In this document: in pieces, positions 60,583-64,000 of the stretch
Numbering within the stretch: position 1 is the stretch's first letter
How the letters are laid out: each line of letters begins with the position of its first letter
Program-made: the position numbers and the translations under genes
IMG/VR virus record: IMGVR_UViG_3300029288_007102
Coordinates: 32,001 to 96,000 of that record
DNA length: 64,000 nucleotides
Direction: 5' to 3' (one strand)
Origin: a virus
Lineage: Duplodnaviria > Caudoviricetes
The notes under the pieces: generated by a model
Seen by the model: the letters and a program-made list of their open reading frames with translations, nothing else
Databases searched by the model: none
What the model was told of the DNA's origin: nothing

Positions 60583-61538
60583 TGAAAAATGTGCTGGTTA
60601 CTGGATGTGCTGGGTATGTTGGGGGTAGCGTAGTTGATCAATTAATAAAGAGCAATAAATATAATATTAGAGGATACGATAACCTTTTATATACCGATAC
60701 TTATATGCAGAAGATAGAATTTGTCAATGGGGATATAAGAGATGAGGCTAAGTTAAAAACACAATTGGATTGGGCTGATTGTGTGATTCATTTGGCAGCG
60801 ATAGTGGGAGACGCAGCCTGTTCTCTTTATCCAAAAGAGACTGTGGCGATAAACGAGAAAGCGGTAGAATTTATATCTAAAAATTTTAATGGAAGGATAA
60901 TTTTTTGTTCAACTTGTTCTGTCTACGGGATGCAAGACGGGGTTCTTACCGAAGATTCCCCAGCCAACCCTCTTTCTTTGTATGCCGGGACGAAATATGC
61001 TGCAGAGAAATATTTAAAAGGAAAGAACGCTTTAATTTTTAGATTAGGGACTCTTTATGGAATAGGGTATAGATTTGGGCGATGCAGATTTGACCTTGTA
61101 GTTAATGTTATGTCTTCTGACGCTTTTATAAATAAGAAATTGACAGTTTTTGGTGGAGAGCAGTATCGCCCATTACTCCATGTTCGAGATGCGGCATATA
61201 TGTTAATCCGGGCGATAGAGCATGATTATATAGGGGTATATAATTTGGCGTCGAAGAATATTAACATTTCTGATCTTGGCCAGCTAGTTGCTTCTAGAAT
61301 TAAAGGTTGTGAGTTGGAGACGATAGATATGAAATTTGAAGATAGCAGAAATTATCAGGTTGATTGTTCTAAGGCGGCTCAAGACATCTCTTTTGATGTA
61401 GAGAAAGCAATTCTGATAGAAGAGGGGGTAGATGAAATAGTAAAAATATTGAACGAAGGACGGATCAAAAATCCTAAAAATTGTATTCACTCAAATGAGT
61501 TTTTCTTGGGTAAACTGAAATATAATGGGAATAAATAG
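60582..61538 (+). CDS. NAD-dependent nucleotide-sugar epimerase/dehydratase (SDR)
   Basis: TGCAGYVG, HLAAIVGD, STCSVYG, YAGTK, RFDLVVN. Confidence 0.9.
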   Translation: MKNVLVTGCAGYVGGSVVDQLIKSNKYNIRGYDNLLYTDTYMQKIEFVNGDIRDEAKLKTQLDWADCVIHLAAIVGDAACSLYPKETVAINEKAVEFISKNFNGRIIFCSTCSVYGMQDGVLTEDSPANPLSLYAGTKYAAEKYLKGKNALIFRLGTLYGIGYRFGRCRFDLVVNVMSSDAFINKKLTVFGGEQYRPLLHVRDAAYMLIRAIEHDYIGVYNLASKNINISDLGQLVASRIKGCELETIDMKFEDSRNYQVDCSKAAQDISFDVEKAILIEEGVDEIVKILNEGRIKNPKNCIHSNEFFLGKLKYNGNK

Positions 61539-61609
61539 CGGGATGGAGCAGTGGTCAGCTCGTCGGGTTCATATCCCGGAGGTCGGTGGTTCGAATCCAC
61601 CTCCCGCAA
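61537..61609 (+). tRNA. tRNA-Met(CAT), initiator type, no encoded CCA
   Basis: Cloverleaf: GCGGGA/TCCCGC acceptor, TGG D-loop, GGG/CCC anticodon stem around CAT, GGTTCGAATCC T-arm. Confidence 0.92.
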
Positions 61610-61627
61610 TAATTTTATAAAAGGAGA

Positions 61628-62086
61628 ATGAAAATGGAAATGGAGATAGTTAAACCTTTTACGGTTGACATTAAACACATTGCTGATGATAGAGGTTTTT
61701 TGGTCCCAATATCTCAATTTTTACCAGTAGAGTTGCAAAAAGAGATAAAGAGAACTTATGTGGTAGGGGATTATGGGAAAGGAGTGATCCGGGGGCTTCA
61801 TGGGCATAGGAAAGAAATGAAGATCTTTTATATCATTAAAGGGTCAGCTAAATTTGTTGCCATAAATATGGGGGATTCTACCGACAAGTATGAAATTACT
61901 TTAGGAGAACGGGCTAATAGGTTATTTGTAGTTCCGCCAGGATATTTTAATGGCTGGGTTAGTTTAGAGGAGGGAACCTTGTTGGTAGCACTATCTACTT
62001 CTACCTTTGAGGAATCGGTAAAAGATGATGAGAGGGAGGATCCTTATAGGTATGGTGCGGATATATGGGGTGTTAAGGCCAGATAA
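61628..62086 (+). CDS. Cupin sugar epimerase/isomerase (RmlC/FdtA-like)
   Basis: DDRGFL, IRGLHGH, VPPGYFNG. Confidence 0.85.
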   Translation: MKMEMEIVKPFTVDIKHIADDRGFLVPISQFLPVELQKEIKRTYVVGDYGKGVIRGLHGHRKEMKIFYIIKGSAKFVAINMGDSTDKYEITLGERANRLFVVPPGYFNGWVSLEEGTLLVALSTSTFEESVKDDEREDPYRYGADIWGVKAR

Positions 62087-62099
62087 ATAAGGAGGAATT

Positions 62100-62420
62100 G
62101 TGGAAATTCAAGGATTTGCGGAAGAAATAGATAAGACAGGATACTTGACAATAACGGCGGAAGACCATTCTGGTATCCCTAAAGACGATCATTTGATCGT
62201 TTTTAATAACAAAGATAATCAGAAATATAAAGTGCTTTTATCTACTGTGTGTTCTTATGACTGGCAGAATCTAAAGAGGGTTTTGGATGGCGGGGAAGCA
62301 AAGATAATGGATCAGATGACCCGGATCGTGGGATACTATTCAAGGGTTAGCAACTGGAATAAGTCTAAGTTAGGGGAACTTGGTGATCGGCGTAAAGGAG
62401 ATTACAAAATAGGAATATAG
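62100..62420 (+). CDS. Stand-alone NrdD-type C-terminal glycyl-radical domain protein
   Basis: TRIVGYYSRVSNWNKSKLGELGDR matches the class III RNR C-terminal motif; AAGGAGG RBS. Confidence 0.75.
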   Translation: MEIQGFAEEIDKTGYLTITAEDHSGIPKDDHLIVFNNKDNQKYKVLLSTVCSYDWQNLKRVLDGGEAKIMDQMTRIVGYYSRVSNWNKSKLGELGDRRKGDYKIGI

Positions 62421-62430
62421 GAGGACATAT

Positions 62431-63315
62431 ATGAATGAAGGAACTGAATTGAAAGAGACGAATGTGTTGGTCTTAGGATGTACCGGAATGCTTGGACATA
62501 GGGTGTTTATGGAGTTTGCTAATCAAGGGTTTAATGTTTCAGGGACAATGCGGAGTGGATTAAAAGAGTATGATAAATATGACTTTTTTAACCCCCAAAG
62601 TGTTGTAGAGTTTCTTGACCCTGTAAATCATTTTTCAGGGATACTTGAAGCAGTGGAACAATTTGATCCTTCAGTGATCATTAATTGTATTGGTAAAACC
62701 AAACCTCACACTAAGGATCCGGTGGCCACCATTGAGACTAATTCTGTGTTGCCGCACAAGCTTGCCCGTTTTTGCGATGAGTTTGGGATAAAGTTGATCC
62801 ATATCACTACCGATTGTGTTTGGACGGGTAAAAAGGGCGATTATGGCCTTTCAGACCCCCACGATGCCACAGATCTCTACGGGAAAAGTAAGAGTTTGGG
62901 GGAAGTGGCCTACGGAAACCATCTTACTGTCCGCACTTCTATTATAGGGAGAGAGCTGAATAGCCGGGATAATTTATTAGAATGGATCCTCTCTCAGCCT
63001 GGTGATAGCGTATTGTCGGGGTTTACGGAGCATCTTTGGAATGGGGTTACGACTATGGAGTTAGCCAATATCTTGGTTAGAATAGTAGATGATGAGCCAG
63101 AACTAAAAGGGATAATCCAGATAGCAGGAGAGAAGATCAACAAGTATGATTTGTTGAACCTGGTTAAAGATGTTTATCATCTTAACTTTAAGGTAGAGCC
63201 TAAACAGACTGAAAAATGCGACCGGACAATGATCAATACGAGTGGGCACACTCCTCCGTCAATACGACAAATGTTAGAAGAATTTTACGGCCAAGAAGAA
63301 TTATATAAGAAGTAA
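62431..63315 (+). CDS. rfbD: dTDP-4-dehydrorhamnose reductase-like SDR
   Basis: GCTGMLG, INCIG, HITTDCVW, YGKSKSLGE, RTSIIG. Confidence 0.85.
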   Translation: MNEGTELKETNVLVLGCTGMLGHRVFMEFANQGFNVSGTMRSGLKEYDKYDFFNPQSVVEFLDPVNHFSGILEAVEQFDPSVIINCIGKTKPHTKDPVATIETNSVLPHKLARFCDEFGIKLIHITTDCVWTGKKGDYGLSDPHDATDLYGKSKSLGEVAYGNHLTVRTSIIGRELNSRDNLLEWILSQPGDSVLSGFTEHLWNGVTTMELANILVRIVDDEPELKGIIQIAGEKINKYDLLNLVKDVYHLNFKVEPKQTEKCDRTMINTSGHTPPSIRQMLEEFYGQEELYKK

Positions 63316-63326
63316 GAAGTGGGCAT

Positions 63327-64000
63327 ATGAAGATTTGTGCGATGCTTCAAATAAGGGATTGTGGAAAAAAGATTCTGTTTCTGCTAATGGCGATATCTCG
63401 GTTTGTGGATGATATTGTCGTGTTAGATCATGCCTCTAAAGATGACACTCATAGGATAGTAAAATTATGCCCAAAGGTAAGAGAGGTTTTGCGGGAGAAT
63501 GAACCTAACTGGGCTTTAGTGGAAATGAAGAATAAACAACGGCTGTTAGAACACTCCTTATTATATAAGCCGGATTGGTTGTTTTGGATCGACTCAGACG
63601 AATTGCCTTCTTCCCCTCTAATTGAAGGGGTCCGGAGTCTTCCTGAGAAACATCCTTCTGTAAGCTTATTTGGTTTTCCAGAAGTCAATCTATGGAATGA
63701 TGAATATCATTATAGGACAGATGAAGGATGGTATCCGGCTTGGACTTATAGATTAATTAAAGTTAATGGGGGGTTGAAGTTCTCACAAAAGAGGGGGGTA
63801 GGGCCACGCAACCCTATGATCCCAGAAGGAAAGACGCATCGTGAACCCTTGCTTGTAAATAATATGCCTATTCTTCATTATGGGTATATGACTGAACAGC
63901 AACGCCAAGATAAATTTAAACTTTATATGAGTTTGGATGACAACAAGGATGAGATGGACAAATATTTTACTTACAATAGGATTGTTGAAGATAAGATCGT
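63327..64000 (+). CDS. Glycosyltransferase family 2 (3'-truncated)
   Basis: Hand-translated MKICAMLQIRD..VLDHASKD..WIDSDE..ILHYGY; open to the window end. Confidence 0.8.
   Translation, partial: MKICAMLQIRDCGKKILFLLMAISRFVDDIVVLDHASKDDTHRIVKLCPKVREVLRENEPNWALVEMKNKQRLLEHSLLYKPDWLFWIDSDELPSSPLIEGVRSLPEKHPSVSLFGFPEVNLWNDEYHYRTDEGWYPAWTYRLIKVNGGLKFSQKRGVGPRNPMIPEGKTHREPLLVNNMPILHYGYMTEQQRQDKFKLYMSLDDNKDEMDKYFTYNRIVEDKI

Noticed and set aside
62100-62420. nrdD pseudogene
   Set aside because: It has its own strong RBS and tight spacing, with no adjacent remnant of the catalytic domain.
867-63688. Minus-strand and nested ORFs in the track
   Set aside because: They overlap well-supported + strand genes and lack recognisable motifs; treated as shadow ORFs.
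1-64000. Alternative genetic code (stop-codon recoding)
   Set aside because: TAA, TAG and TGA all end genes cleanly and are followed by an RBS and the next start; coding density is high under code 11.

Overview
This 64-kb window is the virion-morphogenesis region of a large contractile-tailed (myovirus-type) bacteriophage; essentially every real gene is on the + strand, uses the standard code and has an AGGAG-type Shine-Dalgarno. Order: prohead protease/scaffold (5'-truncated), capsid decoration protein, HK97-fold major capsid protein resembling Bacillus phage G gp27, neck protein, free-standing NUMOD3/Vsr-type endonuclease, acidic putative internal head proteins (including a 1642-aa nucleotidyltransferase-led modular protein), a triple-glycosyltransferase/TPR protein, a porin, fibre and holin-like genes, then tail terminator, sheath, tube, frameshifted chaperone, tape measure and baseplate. 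The last ~16 kb is a glycan synthesis/modification cluster (GT2s, methyltransferases, kinases, B12 radical SAM, WecB, epimerase, RmlC/RmlD-like) with an embedded initiator tRNA-Met and a stand-alone NrdD-type glycyl-radical domain. The porin and anaerobe-type genes suggest an anaerobic diderm host (inference). Most interesting signals: (1) a recurring basic K/R-x-(A/S) motif that punctuates head proteins and divides the 1642-aa protein into small modules, suggesting a protease-processed polyprotein cargo system; (2) glycosyltransferases built into the head and baseplate operons plus a large glycan cluster, suggesting virion glycosylation; (3) an uncharacterised ~220-nt structured intergenic RNA; (4) a possible class III RNR 'spare-part' protein. 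All family assignments are from motif recognition by eye, not database searches.
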